Assembly (NCBI RefSeq): GCF_006345805.1
Contig: NC_043005.1
Span: forward strand, 19,468,001-19,532,000
Length of the DNA: 64,000 nt
From: Octopus sinensis
Lineage: Eukaryota
Direction of reading: 5' to 3'
A program made the position numbers and the translations under genes. The notes under the pieces were generated by a model. That model searched no databases, had not been told where the DNA came from, and saw nothing but the letters and a program-made list of their open reading frames with translations. Of the stretch, positions 42,854-56,296 are shown in pieces; position 1 is the first letter of the stretch, and each line of letters begins with the position of its first letter.

Positions 42854-42959
42854 GTATGTATATATATAATATATATATATATATTATATATATATATTAT
42901 ATATATATTATATATATATATGATGTGTGTGTACGTTTATATTTTTCTTTAAGCAAGAA

Positions 42960-44027
42960 TGTCATTAAAAGTGATTTTCTGTTTCAGCCAGTTAGGCCAT
43001 CATCGGACTGCGATGCATTGAAGGTAATCTTGGCTCTACATAGTCTCTGTTGGATTAAAAGTCTTCCTCCGGTATGTAGGTCTATGTGGTATGGCAATTT
43101 GTGTTTATTAATTGGGTGTGTCAGCCTTTTTGTAGTGGAATTTTATATACTGGACTACACTTTGAACCTTTGACCTTTACATTTTGAAAACAAAGGTTTA
43201 AATCCAATTAAAGTAAAAATATCTAAAACTACTGAAGAATGCCATACCTACCTATCAAAAGAGACACATCTGAATATTCACGCTTGCTTAAAAAGACCAA
43301 CATACATGAATACATTTTAAACAAAAACAGCCCTTAATTTAATCGATAAAATTTTCTCTAAAATGCTTCTCCATAACAACCAGCCTTGAAACCTAATTGC
43401 CGCTCCAACCAAACCCACACACTCAATAAAGATTTTAAACTCAACAGGGACTAAGATTAACTTCAATGCGCTAGTGTCCGAGAGTAACTTGGCTGGTGTC
43501 CAACAATGACTTCAAAGTCACTCTCAATGATATTCCTTAAGTATAATAAGTTGTGCTCTTCAAAGTATAAAGAAAGCCTTCACATTAATGTAAAATTGTC
43601 TTTATTATAACTAAACATAAACGTGCACACGCACACACACATACATGCATACAAACATACATACATACATACATACATACATACATACATACATACATAC
43701 ATACATACATACATACATACATACGTACATACATACATACAAACATATGTGTGGTGTATATGTATTGATTAAATTAAGGGCTGTGTTTGTTTAAAATGTA
43801 TTCATGTATGTTGGTCTTTTTAAGCAAGCGTGAATATTCAGATGTGTCTCTTTTGATTGGTAGGTATGGCATTCTTCAGTAGTTTTAGATATTTTTACTT
43901 TAATTGGATTTAAACATTTGTTTTCAAAATGTAAAGGTCAAAGGTTCAAAGTGTAGTCCAGTATATAAAATTCCACTACAAAAAGGCTGACACACCCAAT
44001 TAATAACACAAATTGGCATACCACATA
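42960..44027 (-). mobile_element. Penelope-like repeat with ~260-bp inverted duplication around a (CATA)n spacer
   Basis: 43083-43344 is the near-perfect inverse of 43767-44027; decayed HHR-like ccgatga-t-ggcc-taact-ggct-gaaa at 42975-43012(-). Confidence 0.6.
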
Positions 44028-44047
44028 TATATACCACACACACACAC

Positions 44048-44102
<55 letters not shown>

Positions 44103-44279
44103 GGCGAATTCACAAAAGAAACAAGACGAAGACAGGTAGTGTAGACAACAAACAGATGTATTAGTTTAACGCTCGGGAAGTGAAAAGGTTTTAACGTTTC
44201 GAGTCTATGCTCTTCCACAGAAAGGAACACAGAAAGAAACAAGGAGAGAAAATAAAGAATGTATAGTGGCTAGCGATCT

Positions 44280-44332
<53 letters not shown>

Positions 44333-45275
44333 GGTATCTATGTGTGTGTGAATAAACAAATAAGCTCAGCATTGCATTATGTAATGCTTCAGAAATAAGA
44401 AAAACTATCCTGAACATATGAATTCTTGGTTCTCAACCTCACATTAGCTCTCTTCTCTTTCTCTCCCTCTCTATCTATACATACATACATATATATATGT
44501 GTGTGTGTGCATATGTGAGCGTGTGTGTGTGTGTGTACGTGCGTGTGAGTGTATCTATGTATATATATGTATACATGTGTGTTGTATGCGCACAAGAATG
44601 TCAGTGTGTTTATCAAAATTTCCTATTCTAGTCTTATTATTTCTTATTAACGTCTTTCTTCTGCCATGAAGATTTTCTTTCAGTTTTGTTTTTGAAAAGC
44701 TTCCAAATCTACCATTACCGCCGGAATTTGAATGCTTGACCGTTGGCAGAAGCCAACAAATATTTTTTCTTTCTTAATGTCTATTATCTGCTCTCCGATG
44801 TTATTTGCACTGCTTCTATTATTTATATTATTTGCGTTAAATACGTGTTCAAAAGAATTGCAGTTCCTTTATACGCACATATATACATATACAAACAGAC
44901 AATGCATGTACATATGTTTATGAAATATGGAAGGACGTACATATATACATATATACATATTATATATACATATATATATACATATATATACTTATATAAT
45001 ATATATATATACGCATGTATACATACGTACATGCATATATATACACGTACAGACATATATATATATATATATGTGTGTGTATATATATGTATATATATAT
45101 ACATATATTGTGTGTGTGTGTGTGTGTGCGTGCGTGTGTGTGTGTATATACATGTATGAATATGTACACACGGGTAAGCACATGAATGCAAAACACAATG
45201 GGAAAAATTAGTCCTCGAATACCAAAGGTAGAGTAATATGCTTTTTTTATTAAAGCTTCAGAAACATCACCAAAT

Positions 45276-45310
45276 GCTGTTACTCTGAGTTTCACGTTTC
45301 CGTTCGTGAG
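45276..45310 (-). ncRNA. Truncated HHR, GNRA-loop family
   Basis: cacga-acg-gaaa-cgt-gaa-actcagagt-a-acagc. Confidence 0.55.
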
Positions 45311-45399
45311 ATTTTTGTATGTATCTAATATATATATATATATATGGAGTGAGAGAGATCTTGAGATCTTGAGATCCAAGCCATTGATGTGAAAACCCG

Positions 45400-46600
45400 A
45401 AAAATACTAACAAACACACATAATTTCCACATAAACAGTGACGTAGACCGCCTCTACTTCAAACGGAAACAAGGCGGCAGAGGTTGAACATCAATCCAAA
45501 AAGCCTTTGAATATCGTATCATATCCCATCGGTAACATCTTTTAACCACTAAGTATCAAAGTGCATCCCTTGACCAAGTTTGCATACATGAGGTTGATAA
45601 CATCATAAGACCTGGAAGGCAGCTCCTTGAGCAACACTCTTTGATAACTAAGAATACATGCCCAAAGAAGTCGCACGACTCTATCGCAACGTATCATCAA
45701 ATAAAGGATGAGCCTATATGAGCAGAGGACTATGCATGGATATGTCAGTAGAAAGCTCCGAGGTGATAGTAACATCGATCATCAAAGCAGTTTATCATGG
45801 ACCAATAGCCGGATTACTACCTCCCATTGTAAGCACTTGTCTGAAAATGTCATTACGGTATTATCTACCGTTGAGACATAATGTAGCTAGAACACTCTAT
45901 AATGAAATCCGTCGGACGGATAAGCCCGAAATAAGAAATAAGAACCCATAGTATGGTAAAATCCATAACCACTCATAATAAAAAAAAGTATTGGTGGAAT
46001 GTCCTAGTGAAGACCTCAATAAAATGTAAGCACAACAGAGCTGATATAATGATTTGAGATAGAGAAGAGAAACAGTGCACAGTTGTGGAAATTAGTTACC
46101 CAGCGGATGTTAACATAAAGCTGAAGATCAGTGGAAAGAGAATATCTACTCTGAACTATTGAGAAATCTGCAGTTACTCTATCCAGTAATTATTGGGGCC
46201 GTGGGATATGTAACACACTGCCTAAATACCAATCTTGAGAAATTAGGCTTCTCAAAACCAGAAAGGAGAAAGCTAATTCGACAACTACAGATCCAATCCA
46301 TCACTGGAACTGTAAAGATCTATAAAACTTTCCAGAAGTTTATCATTTAAATGTATATGAGCATGTCTAGAGATGAAACTATATGCATGAGAATACATAC
46401 ATAAACAAAACATACAAACCTGTATACATACATTCATACATATATACATACATCCATTCATGCATGCATACAAATATACATATATACATACAAAAATACC
46501 CTGTTGTTGATGTTGAAATTCCAATGAAGGAGACTTGGATCTAAGTTAGAAACCGGTTCTTTCTCTATTGGCAAGAAATCTTGAAATAAAACTGAACAAT
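45400..46600 (+). mobile_element. Decayed R4/Dong-like LINE 3' half
   Basis: NFHINSDVDRLYFKRKQGGRG, RHNVARTLY, IIGAVGY..QSITGTVKIYKTF; 3' UTR shares gagacttggatc with 40957. Confidence 0.75.
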
Positions 46601-47949
46601 GGAATATATATACATATACTCATTTTCACACGCACGACACAAAATTTCATTGTTATCCTTGGGTGTACTGCTAGCGTGTCTGCAAATTAAACATACTTTT
46701 GAAGGCATTTACAGTCAGCAAGTATTGTTTTGTTTTATATATTTATAAATGTTTTGTTTTTTATATTCACATTGCAAATACAGTTAGATGCACATATATT
46801 GCCCTACAGTTTTAGATGTAATGCGTTATGATAAACTATGCCAAACGGCAAAGCTGTTGTTAATTGTCAATCTTGGATGCCGCACGCTATTTTGATGACA
46901 TAAACCATAGACTCTGCATTCATACTGCGATGGAGTGATGTCAGCTGCGCAAAATGCATCAGAAATGATGCAATCAATAATAGCTTCAACCGAGATTCTG
47001 CAACGTAAGGAATGGCTTATAATATAGGAGAACGATGTTGTGTTTTAGAGAATCTGATCGATTGCATAACAACGTGAATTATAATCACCGGTGAGAGATC
47101 AAAAGGTATTACACACAGATCAAACAACCAATTCCTAAGGGCAACGGAGAACAACAATTGAGAAGAAAGCATCAAAGGATCATTACCATCAAAAGATCTT
47201 CATCATCATCATCATCGTCATCATCATCGTCATAAAAATGACTATCAACACTATCATTAATGCGCACCATCTTCATCGCTCATCTCTTTTCTACCTCTGC
47301 TATAAAACATATCCAAATCTCGGTGTATAAGTACGCATTACATTGTGTGTGTTGTACAGGGTTCCGCGTGTGTATGTATATGAATATATAACATACAACA
47401 CACACACACCACACACACATATACGATATATTATATATATATTTATATATATATATATATATATAATAATATATATATGTAATCAACGGGAAAAAAACAG
47501 AAAAAACAACAACACGTGGAACAATTACAGTATTATTATTATTAGGCGCTCAGGAAAATGGAAGAAGGAGGGTATGACGTTTCGAGCGAGCTCTTCGTCG
47601 GAAACATAGGAGAAAGAAAGATCCCGACACGGGAGGACAGAGGAAAAAAAATTGCAGGTAGTCTTCACGAGGTCACATACTAAAAAGACGGAAGTGGTAA
47701 AAAAGGAGGAAAATGTTTTTTAAAAACAGGAGAGCTGAATGAAAGAGGGAATGGTAAAAAAGGTAACGGTCATTATAATACCTCTTTTGTTTGTCATTAT
47801 AACTAACGAAATGCCGGAGCAGATTTCCACCCCGACATCCGAAACTCGGTGATTTATTATGACACCGAATAATTGTCACATACTATGTTACAGAGACATA
47901 TATACATATACATATACATATACATATATTATATAAATATATATATATA

Positions 47950-47990
<41 letters not shown>

Positions 47991-47991
47991 C

Positions 47992-48833
47992 TTTTATTTA
48001 AAGCACCAGAAAATTCAACAAAATCTGTTACTCTGAGTTCTCGTTGCCGTTCAACAGACTCTTACAAACGCTACACCTTTAAAAAAAAATGGACTTGTTT
48101 GATTGGCCCTTTAGAAATAACGGTCAATCTTCGAGCGATAAACAAAAAAATGTGCTCAAAACTATATACTCTATCCATATGGTATATTTATATTTGACAT
48201 TTTAAATTTGGTTGCGTGGTACATACAACTTTACGTCCCCCCCTTCTTAAGCTTTACTCCGTAAATAAGAAACGCTACATTAGCATCGATGATTTTAACT
48301 TGCATGCGAGATAGATTGCGTACATATATGTATGCATGCATTTGTGTGTATATTTTAGATTTATATTTATACGTCTGTATATGTATGGCGTTTGCACGCA
48401 TCCTTCTGTGTATGTTGATATATATATGTACACTTTAATATGAATATGTATTGCAGTGTAATATTTATAATGCGTTTTAATTTCCATGCATTAATTATAT
48501 TTCCTTTAACGTCAATATGTATTTTAACGTCAATATGTATTTTATTCAATGTAAGGTTTTTTCCTCGAATTTTATAATTTTTATAATTTTTATAATTTTT
48601 TATATATATATACAATATATTTTGAGCTCATTTTTTTGTTTATCGCTCGAAGATTGACCGTATTTCTAAAGAGCCAATCAAACAAGTCCATTTTTTTAAA
48701 GGTGTAGCGTTTGTAAGAGTCTGGATTGAATTGATATATCGGTTCCATTCTAGCAAAAAAACTGTCTGATGAACGGCAACGAGAAACTCAGAGTAACAGA
48801 TTTTGTTGAATTTTCTGCTGCTTTAAAATAAAG
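47992..48833. repeat. Inverted repeat (47992-48161 / 48620-48833) carrying a GNRA-family HHR
   Basis: Arms reverse-complementary; right arm has 40 extra bp. Confidence 0.85.
48762..48799 (+). ncRNA. Minimal type I HHR, GNRA-loop family
   Basis: CTGT|CTGATGA|ACG-GCAA-CGA|GAA|ACTCAGAGT|A|ACAG. Confidence 0.7.
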
Positions 48834-48907
48834 CATATTACTCTACCACTGGTATCTGAGTACTCTTTTTTTCCACCTTGTTTCACATTTATGTGTTTAC
48901 TCTACGG

Positions 48908-48940
<33 letters not shown>

Positions 48941-49058
48941 TATATATTGGCCTGCTCGCTTAGCCAGCGGGTGGCGTGGTTTGAAGGCTAAAACCATGCG
49001 AAGCGCATTGTGACCAGCGATGTGTAGCACATCTGATAGCCTGGTCGGTCCACGTGAT

Positions 49059-49090
<32 letters not shown>

Positions 49091-49602
49091 TTAACACAAA
49101 GTAAGTTAGGGGTTATAGGTGCAACCCACTAAGGGATAGTATTTATCCAATATAGTGTTGGTAAAGTACCCAAATTCTTAATACATAAATGTCTTTAATT
49201 GCAATGCAATTAAATTATTTATTGTATTAAACGGGTGAAGGTAAAGAAATATTTTACCGTCAATTTATAATACAAATAAGAAAATGGAGAAACAATTTAG
49301 TTTGTTCATCAACTTTCGGATATTAGAATGTTGAATTATTTATTCATTTAACAAAATGAGAACCTTAATAGCATACATATGTATTACATATGTATCTTAT
49401 AATTCAATACATATAAGATAAGGCTTAATAAAGTACAAAAGCAATAAGTATTGAATGGCAGTAACTACTATTTACTATTTATTGTTTTTGTACTTTATTG
49501 ATTTTTAGAATAAGGTTTTTACAGAATATGTTTTCTATATGGTGTGAATAACATCTTTCTTTATTGAATTGTTTAATAGACGTTTTTTTCTAAACTATAT
49601 AC

Positions 49603-49659
<57 letters not shown>

Positions 49660-49804
49660 ATATGCATACATACATACATATGTATATATGTTATATATAT
49701 AATATATATATATATTATAATATATATATATATATATATTATATAATATAACTTACATATGTAAAGATGTATATACATATATATATACATACATATGTAT
49801 ATAC

Positions 49805-49857
<53 letters not shown>

Positions 49858-49890
49858 GTGTGTTGTGTGTGTGTGTGTGTTTGTGTGTGT

Positions 49891-49924
<34 letters not shown>

Positions 49925-50362
49925 CTGGGATAAATGATTGATAAATGTCAGCAATCGAGTAAATATATGTACAACACAGAACTGAAGCACTTGAACAATC
50001 AGATACGTTTGTATCGTCTTTGTTGAAAATATTCTTATAATATATACACATGAAACATCCGCTTCTCGTTCGCATGGATCACACAAATTTTGTATAACCA
50101 GATGCCATTCCCATCGCCAGCTCTCACCTGTTTCCAAGTAAGGTCGTTTTTCATCATGTCCAGACATGATTACATGGAAAATTGGAAACAAAGAACAGCT
50201 CTCGTATGACAGTGGCACTCAACTATAGATCGATATGAATGTATGCATGTATGTATGTATGTATGTATGTATGTATGTATGTATGTATGCATGCATGCAT
50301 GCATGCATGCATGTATGTATGTATGTATGTGTACACACACACATACACGTACACACACACAC

Positions 50363-50393
<31 letters not shown>

Positions 50394-50416
50394 AAGAGAG
50401 AGACCGAGAGAGAGAG

Positions 50417-50722
50417 AGGCGCAGGAGTGGCTGTGTGGTAAGTAGTTTGCTTACCAACCACATGGTTCCAGGTTCAGTCCCACGTCCTGTCACTTTCGGC
50501 AAGTGTCTTCTACTATAGCCTCGGGCTAACTAAAACCTTGTGAGTAGATTTAGTAGACGGAAACTGAAAGCTCGTTGTATATGTGTGTGTGTGAGTGTGT
50601 GTGTGTGTATGTGTTTGTGTGTCTGTGCCTCCCCCCCACCAACCACCAACCACCAACCACCATCGCTTGACAACTATTGCTGTTGTGTTTTTGTTCCCGT
50701 AACTTAGTGGTTCGGCAAAATA
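50417..50722 (+). mobile_element. CORE-like SINE family B
   Basis: aggcgcaggagtggctgtgtggtaag head, ggttcagtccc, ggcaagtgtcttctactatagcc. Confidence 0.9.
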
Positions 50723-50825
50723 CACTCTCTCAGGGAGATATGATATACCTATCATTATGAATAATACCACCTGTACCTTTCAGATTTTTCATAGTGTGAT
50801 GTAACTCTTTGGAATAACAATTGCA

Positions 50826-50918
50826 TGCGGCTGAAGAGAGCTTTAAACCATCCTTTATGTCTATTATACACTGATGTAAGAATAGGTCGTTTATAAAGCT
50901 TGAAACGTGTGTACCGCG
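50826..50918 (+). ncRNA. Type I HHR with long stem II
   Basis: TGCGG|CTGAAGA|GAGCTTTA..TAAAGCTT|GAA|ACGTGTGT|A|CCGCG. Confidence 0.7.
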
Positions 50919-51015
50919 ACATCCTTTGTGTTCGTTTTGATTTTAATTTATATATATACCCCTTCACCTCTGCCACTAGCTGGCGTATACAGGTGCTTAC
51001 ACTTATCAAGTATTC

Positions 51016-51089
<74 letters not shown>

Positions 51090-51104
51090 TATTATATATA
51101 AATA

Positions 51105-52447
51105 GATGAGTGTATTTTACCTTGTTAACAATTACACGGAAAAATAAATAAATAGTTACCAGGGCAGCAAAAATCTCACAAGTAAAGATGTTGTAACTCC
51201 TTGTTTATAAGGTTGAAACTTCGTGTTTACGTTGAATATTTTGAATAATATGAATAAAAAATGGAGTTAACGCAGGTTTAAACAAGTATTTTTACTTTCT
51301 ACATATGTTTCGAAAATTCCACTGATACTTATTCAAAAGAATAAAAGGTATAAACAATGCAATCTTCTCTTCGGGAAAGTGAAAAAACGAAACTCGTCAA
51401 TACGACATTTTAGCAAAAAATGATGGATTCGTATAGCGATAGACAGAATGCTATTAATATTGTTTAAAAAAACGTTATATGATATAACGTCATCAGTAGC
51501 TAACCTATCCTAACCTTATGTGAATTAATTATAGAGTAATATAAGGTTAGGATAGGTTTTTCAAACACAAAAAATCTCTTGCAAATTATATCTTCTCATA
51601 ATAACAAACTGTTAAATATTAATACATTTACTAATACTAACATTAATTTAGCTAATACTATCCAACCCTCTAGAAATATTAATAACAAGGTTATTGTATC
51701 TGAAGTCAATTCCAATAGAATTAAATTTATGTCAAGTAACTAAGATTAAAAATTCTATATACCAGTGTATAATCAGTACTCGTAATAAAGTACGATTTTA
51801 CATTGGAAGCACATCGTTAGAGTTATCTAAAAGAATTTCTATCCATTACTCAACATTTAGGGATAGAAATAAACGGAATAGTACCGGTCTCAGCAAACTG
51901 ATTTGGGATTTAAAAGACCACAATGAACAATTTCATTTAGAATGGTTGATCCTCTCAATTTCGATACCATATGACAAAGGCAAGAAATTCTGTCTTCTCT
52001 GCAATTCTGAGCTATTTTTCATTATTTTTTCTAAAAATACTCTAGTAAAACGGTTATAGAACGAGCATACAGATGTAAGCATTGGCAGAAACATACTTTT
52101 AGTGCATATAAGTAGTCTCTATCATTATATATTTTTAAACTTTAATTTCCTTTATATTTAACATTCACTATTATATCCCTACTCTTTCTGTTAGCTACTT
52201 ATGACGTTATATCATATAACGTTTTTTTTGAAACAATATTAATAGCGTTCTGTCTATCGCTATACGAATCCATCATTTTTTGCTAAAATGTCGTATTGAC
52301 GAGTTTCGTTTTTTCACTTTCCCGAAGAGAAGATTGCATTGTTTATACCTTTTATTCTTTTGAATAAGTATCAGTGGAATTTTCGAAACATATGTAGAAA
52401 GTAAAAATACTTGTTTAAACCTGCGTTAACTCCATTTTTTATTCATA
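51105..52447 (+). mobile_element. 5'-truncated Penelope-like element: GIY-YIG ORF with inverted pseudo-LTRs
   Basis: ORF 51694-52059 IYQCII..FYIGST..KRISIH..RNSTGLSKLIWDLKD..CLLC; 51248-51504 inverse of 52190-52447. Confidence 0.85.
52316..52402 (+). ncRNA. Type I HHR in the Penelope pseudo-LTR (inverted copy 51294-51380)
   Basis: ACTTTC|CCGAAGA|GAAGATT..AATTTTC|GAA|ACATATGT|A|GAAAGT. Confidence 0.7.
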
Positions 52448-52699
52448 TATTATATATTATATATTATTAATATATATATAATTTATATTTATATATATAT
52501 ATATTATCTATTATGCTTCGCTCATTAGACTGCAGCCTTGTAATATGGAGATTTTAGTCGAGCAAAACGCCCATAACACCTGTTCTTTTTTAAGCCTGGT
52601 ACTTATTTTATCGGTTTCTTTTGTCAAACCCCTAAGCAAGAATATAAACAAACCAAATGATGATGGTGAACAAACACAAGTTCGAGGACGTACACAAGG

Positions 52700-53880
52700 A
52701 TTTTGCTGAGGAGATCTTCCGTAATGTCACACACATCCAAGAACATCTTGATTATGAGGTTTGTGATCACAGATAGAAAGTAAGAGATTTTGTAGTTGCT
52801 TGCAATGTTAGCTCTGCACATAGGATCTCTTGGCGGTCCTGCACTGAGATCGGTAGTTATATTATGAGTCTTGAAGAGTTCATATAGATGATATCAACAC
52901 TGTATCAAAAGCACCTCCACAAGCTAGAAGCTAACTACATGGAGATCATTCAGTAAATAGCTAGTTCCATCCAACAGTGTATTATGGCAACAATAGTAAG
53001 CACCCCATCTACAGACAACCTGTTTTAGACGTTGAACTCTGGCTGGAAACTAGGAATAACAAGATCCAAATTCTCTATTCGTGTTATGCTAAAGCCATAC
53101 CGTACAAATGACTGATCTACCAGACTCTGGCAACAGTAACTAATACAATATCTTAATAGAGGACTTGATAAAAATGATGATAAACGTGAACCGCACGTGC
53201 AATCCAACGGAATTAAAGAGACATATATAGCACTTCATCCATTGCATGCAATTCTCTGGGAATAACCAAAGAGAAAGAATGCGAGTATACGAAGGAGGCA
53301 TGATAAAATTCAAGACTGTCGCAGAGAATGACGCAAATGCGATCTACCCGCTATACAGAAGTAAATCAGGGAATATCATAGAAAGAATTAGAAGGAAGAT
53401 AGATAAGGTCAACTCATGGTATGACAGCCGAAAATACAAGAGCGCTATGTTTGTCGGTGGTACCCCTGGTAGCGAACAAACATATCATTTTAGAAAACCC
53501 TTAGATGAACTGAATCTACGCATTGAAATAGCAGAATGGCCAGAAACTCCCGTAATATCCTTGATCTGTAGAACAGCAATTTGAAAGAAACACCTCTACT
53601 CATACGAATTGTATAGTGCGTAGAGTAATTCCACTGATAAACTGCAAAACTAGGAATACATCTATGGTATAAGGTGTACAGCGGGACGATGCAGAAGGAG
53701 GACATCGACGTATATTGAAAAGACAGCCCTTGCATAGAGGAGAGGTCAAGTGACACTGGCAGGAACTCATGAAGAAGAGCTCGACGGTGCTCTACCAACA
53801 TGCTAATCAAGGACATGGTGGTTCGATAGATAACATAGATCTTATGATCTTATCGGCACATAGAGCTGATTCTCTCACCC
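52700..53880 (+). mobile_element. Decayed Penelope-like element of a second clade (RT C-terminus, linker, GIY-YIG)
   Basis: HIDD, PVLDVELW..ILYSCYAK, HCMQFSG, YPLYRSK..YKSAMFVGGTPGS, IYGIRC..C..YIEKT, STVLYQH..GHGG. Confidence 0.7.
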
Positions 53881-53903
53881 TCTCTCTCTCCCTTCCACTC
53901 ACC

Positions 53904-53973
<70 letters not shown>

Positions 53974-53981
53974 CAATTGAT

Positions 53982-54179
53982 AAGTAGAATGACCACTAAA
54001 GTGGATTCCTATACGCTAGAGATAGACGTCAAATTGCCTTACCACAAAGAGTGTGTTCTCAAGAAATAAACGTTTTGGCGCTTGCTGGGCATTTTTTCTT
54101 GAGGACACACTCTTAGTGGTAAGACGATCTGACGTCTATCTCTAGCGTATAGGAATCCACTTTAGTGGACATTCCTCTT
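53982..54179. repeat. ~200-bp near-perfect foldback (arms ~85 bp)
   Basis: ccactaaagtggattcctatacgctagagatagacgtca / tgacgtctatctctagcgtataggaatccactttagtgg. Confidence 0.9.
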
Positions 54180-54298
54180 ATTAATTCTAACATAATTTTT
54201 AATTTTTAATTTTTTTGAATATGCTAGACCACTGGTTTAAAAATTGATGCTAATTGATTGATATCAACTTCTACCCTCATTATTTTAATTATATATAT

Positions 54299-54369
<71 letters not shown>

Positions 54370-54907
54370 CAACAAGAAGAAGGAATAAACGGGCTTTAAT
54401 TACAATTGCAACCTCTAGTAACTGATAAAAGCATAGGAGTTTTTAAATGCACCTTTATTACCCAGATAAATTGAATATATACTCGTATATTAGTATTATG
54501 AAATGAAAGAGTGACAGCAAAGAGAGAAAAGCAGGTGCATAAGTCTATCGAAATACAGCTTTTTAATTACTTGGTATGATCATGTTTGCTTTGAGAAGAA
54601 AAAAAAATGAAAGACAAAGAAAATGTTCAATAATTTACGAATTGAAAGAACGAAATATTCGATAAATTAACTATTTAAGTTTTCTCCTAATTGCTTCGAT
54701 GCCGTTTTCCTGCAATACACTTTCGCGAGAAAATCAGAAAAATTGCATTGGAATTTTTATTCTGGTTCTTTACATTTTGAATTCAAATTCCGCCGAGAAC
54801 CACTTTACCTTTCATCCTTTCATGGTCGATAAAATATAACCAGTTGATTACTGTGGTCGATATATTCGACTTACTCCCTCCCCTGATATTGCTGGCCTTG
54901 AGTCAAA

Positions 54908-54942
<35 letters not shown>

Positions 54943-54944
<2 letters not shown>

Positions 54945-55169
54945 GGCGACGAGCGAGTAGAATTGTTAGAGCGCTGAACTCTTAGCGCGAAATGCTTAGC
55001 GGTATTTCGCCCGTCGCTACGTTCTGAGTTCAAATTCCGCCGAAGTCGACTTTACCATTCATCTCTTCGGGGTCGGTAAAATTAATACCAATTACACAAA
55101 GGGGTCGATGTAATCGACTTAATTCCTTTCCCCAAATTTGAGGCCTTGTGCTTCCAGTAGAAAGGATTA

Positions 55170-55170
<1 letters not shown>
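54943..55170 (+). mobile_element. SINE family A with (ATT)n tail
   Basis: aggcgacgagcgagtagaattg...ccagtagaaaggattatcattattatt. Confidence 0.85.
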
Positions 55171-55205
<35 letters not shown>

Positions 55206-55227
<22 letters not shown>

Positions 55228-56150
55228 CGCCTTTGCACAGCTTCTAACGCTGGAGATGTACTACAGTATCAGCTGTTCACTACCAGTGAGCTAAGGTAAC
55301 ACCTCTTATTTTTCGAGGACCTTTTGGAATATTCGAGCGGTTCCAAGAAGTGCTGTTTTCTGCAAGCGCTCCACCATTATTGCAGCCCCTATTTGTTCTT
55401 GAGATTTTTGCTCACTGTTCCCAGGGCTCCGACAATTGCTGGTACTACTGCTACCTTTTTTATCGACCACAACTGCTTAATTTCCCAAGCTAACCTGACA
55501 TACCTCTCAACTTTTCTTTCTTCCTTACCGCATACCTTGTTGTCTGCTGGGGCATGCTATATCTATGATCCAGCATAGTCTGTTTTCTTTCTCAATTAAG
55601 ACTATGCCCGGCTTCCTATTCTCTATCTCATGGTCGCACTGAATCATGCAATCCTATAGGATCTTTGCATTTCTATTTTCGACGATGCCTTCAGGTTTGT
55701 GGTCATACCGATTTTTTGCTCTGTCAAGTCCATACTTGGACAAATTGGCTATATTGTCGTGGCATCTCTTATATTCCTTCTGGGCTAGTGGCGTACATTG
55801 GCTGGTAAGCCATACGGTTTCACCGTTTTGTCCACAGATTTTGCACTTATCACTTTCTGCTGCGTTGTCTATTCTGTGTTTTATGTAGTTTGTTCTTAGT
55901 ACTTGCTCTTGGGCAGCACAGATTAGAGCCTCCGTTTCCGGTTTTAAATCACTTTTAGTCATCCACAACCATCTTTTTTCTGTATCTGTCTTATCTTCAA
56001 CATCTCTATGAAATTGACCATGCATTCTTTTCTTTACCCACCTATTTTCAGTTTCATTCGTTTTCAATTTCTTGTACAGTGCTTTATCTCTGCAATCGCT
56101 CATCCTACACAAGCCTGGCCTTCCTACTTCTAATAATAGCGGTTTCAAAA
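55206..56150 (-). mobile_element. R4/Dong-like LINE 3' half (CCHC + REL), ending in (AAT)n
   Basis: MHGQFHR..KPETEALICAAQEQVLRTNY..KCKICGQ..SQCTPLAQKEYKRCHD..YDHKPEGIVEN. Confidence 0.9.
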
Positions 56151-56296
56151 TTCAGTGTTCTGAGGAATCGATCTTTCAAGCTCTCGATATGCTGTTATTT
56201 TATTCATTGGAATTCAACCTCACATTCAGTCTTATTTTGTAATGTGTTATAATCCTTGAAATGTTGGACTGATATGAATTAAAATTATTAATAAAC

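Noticed and set aside
51501-51558. Telomere-like TAACC/TTAGG words
   Set aside because: Only two imperfect units; explained as the PLE inversion hairpin
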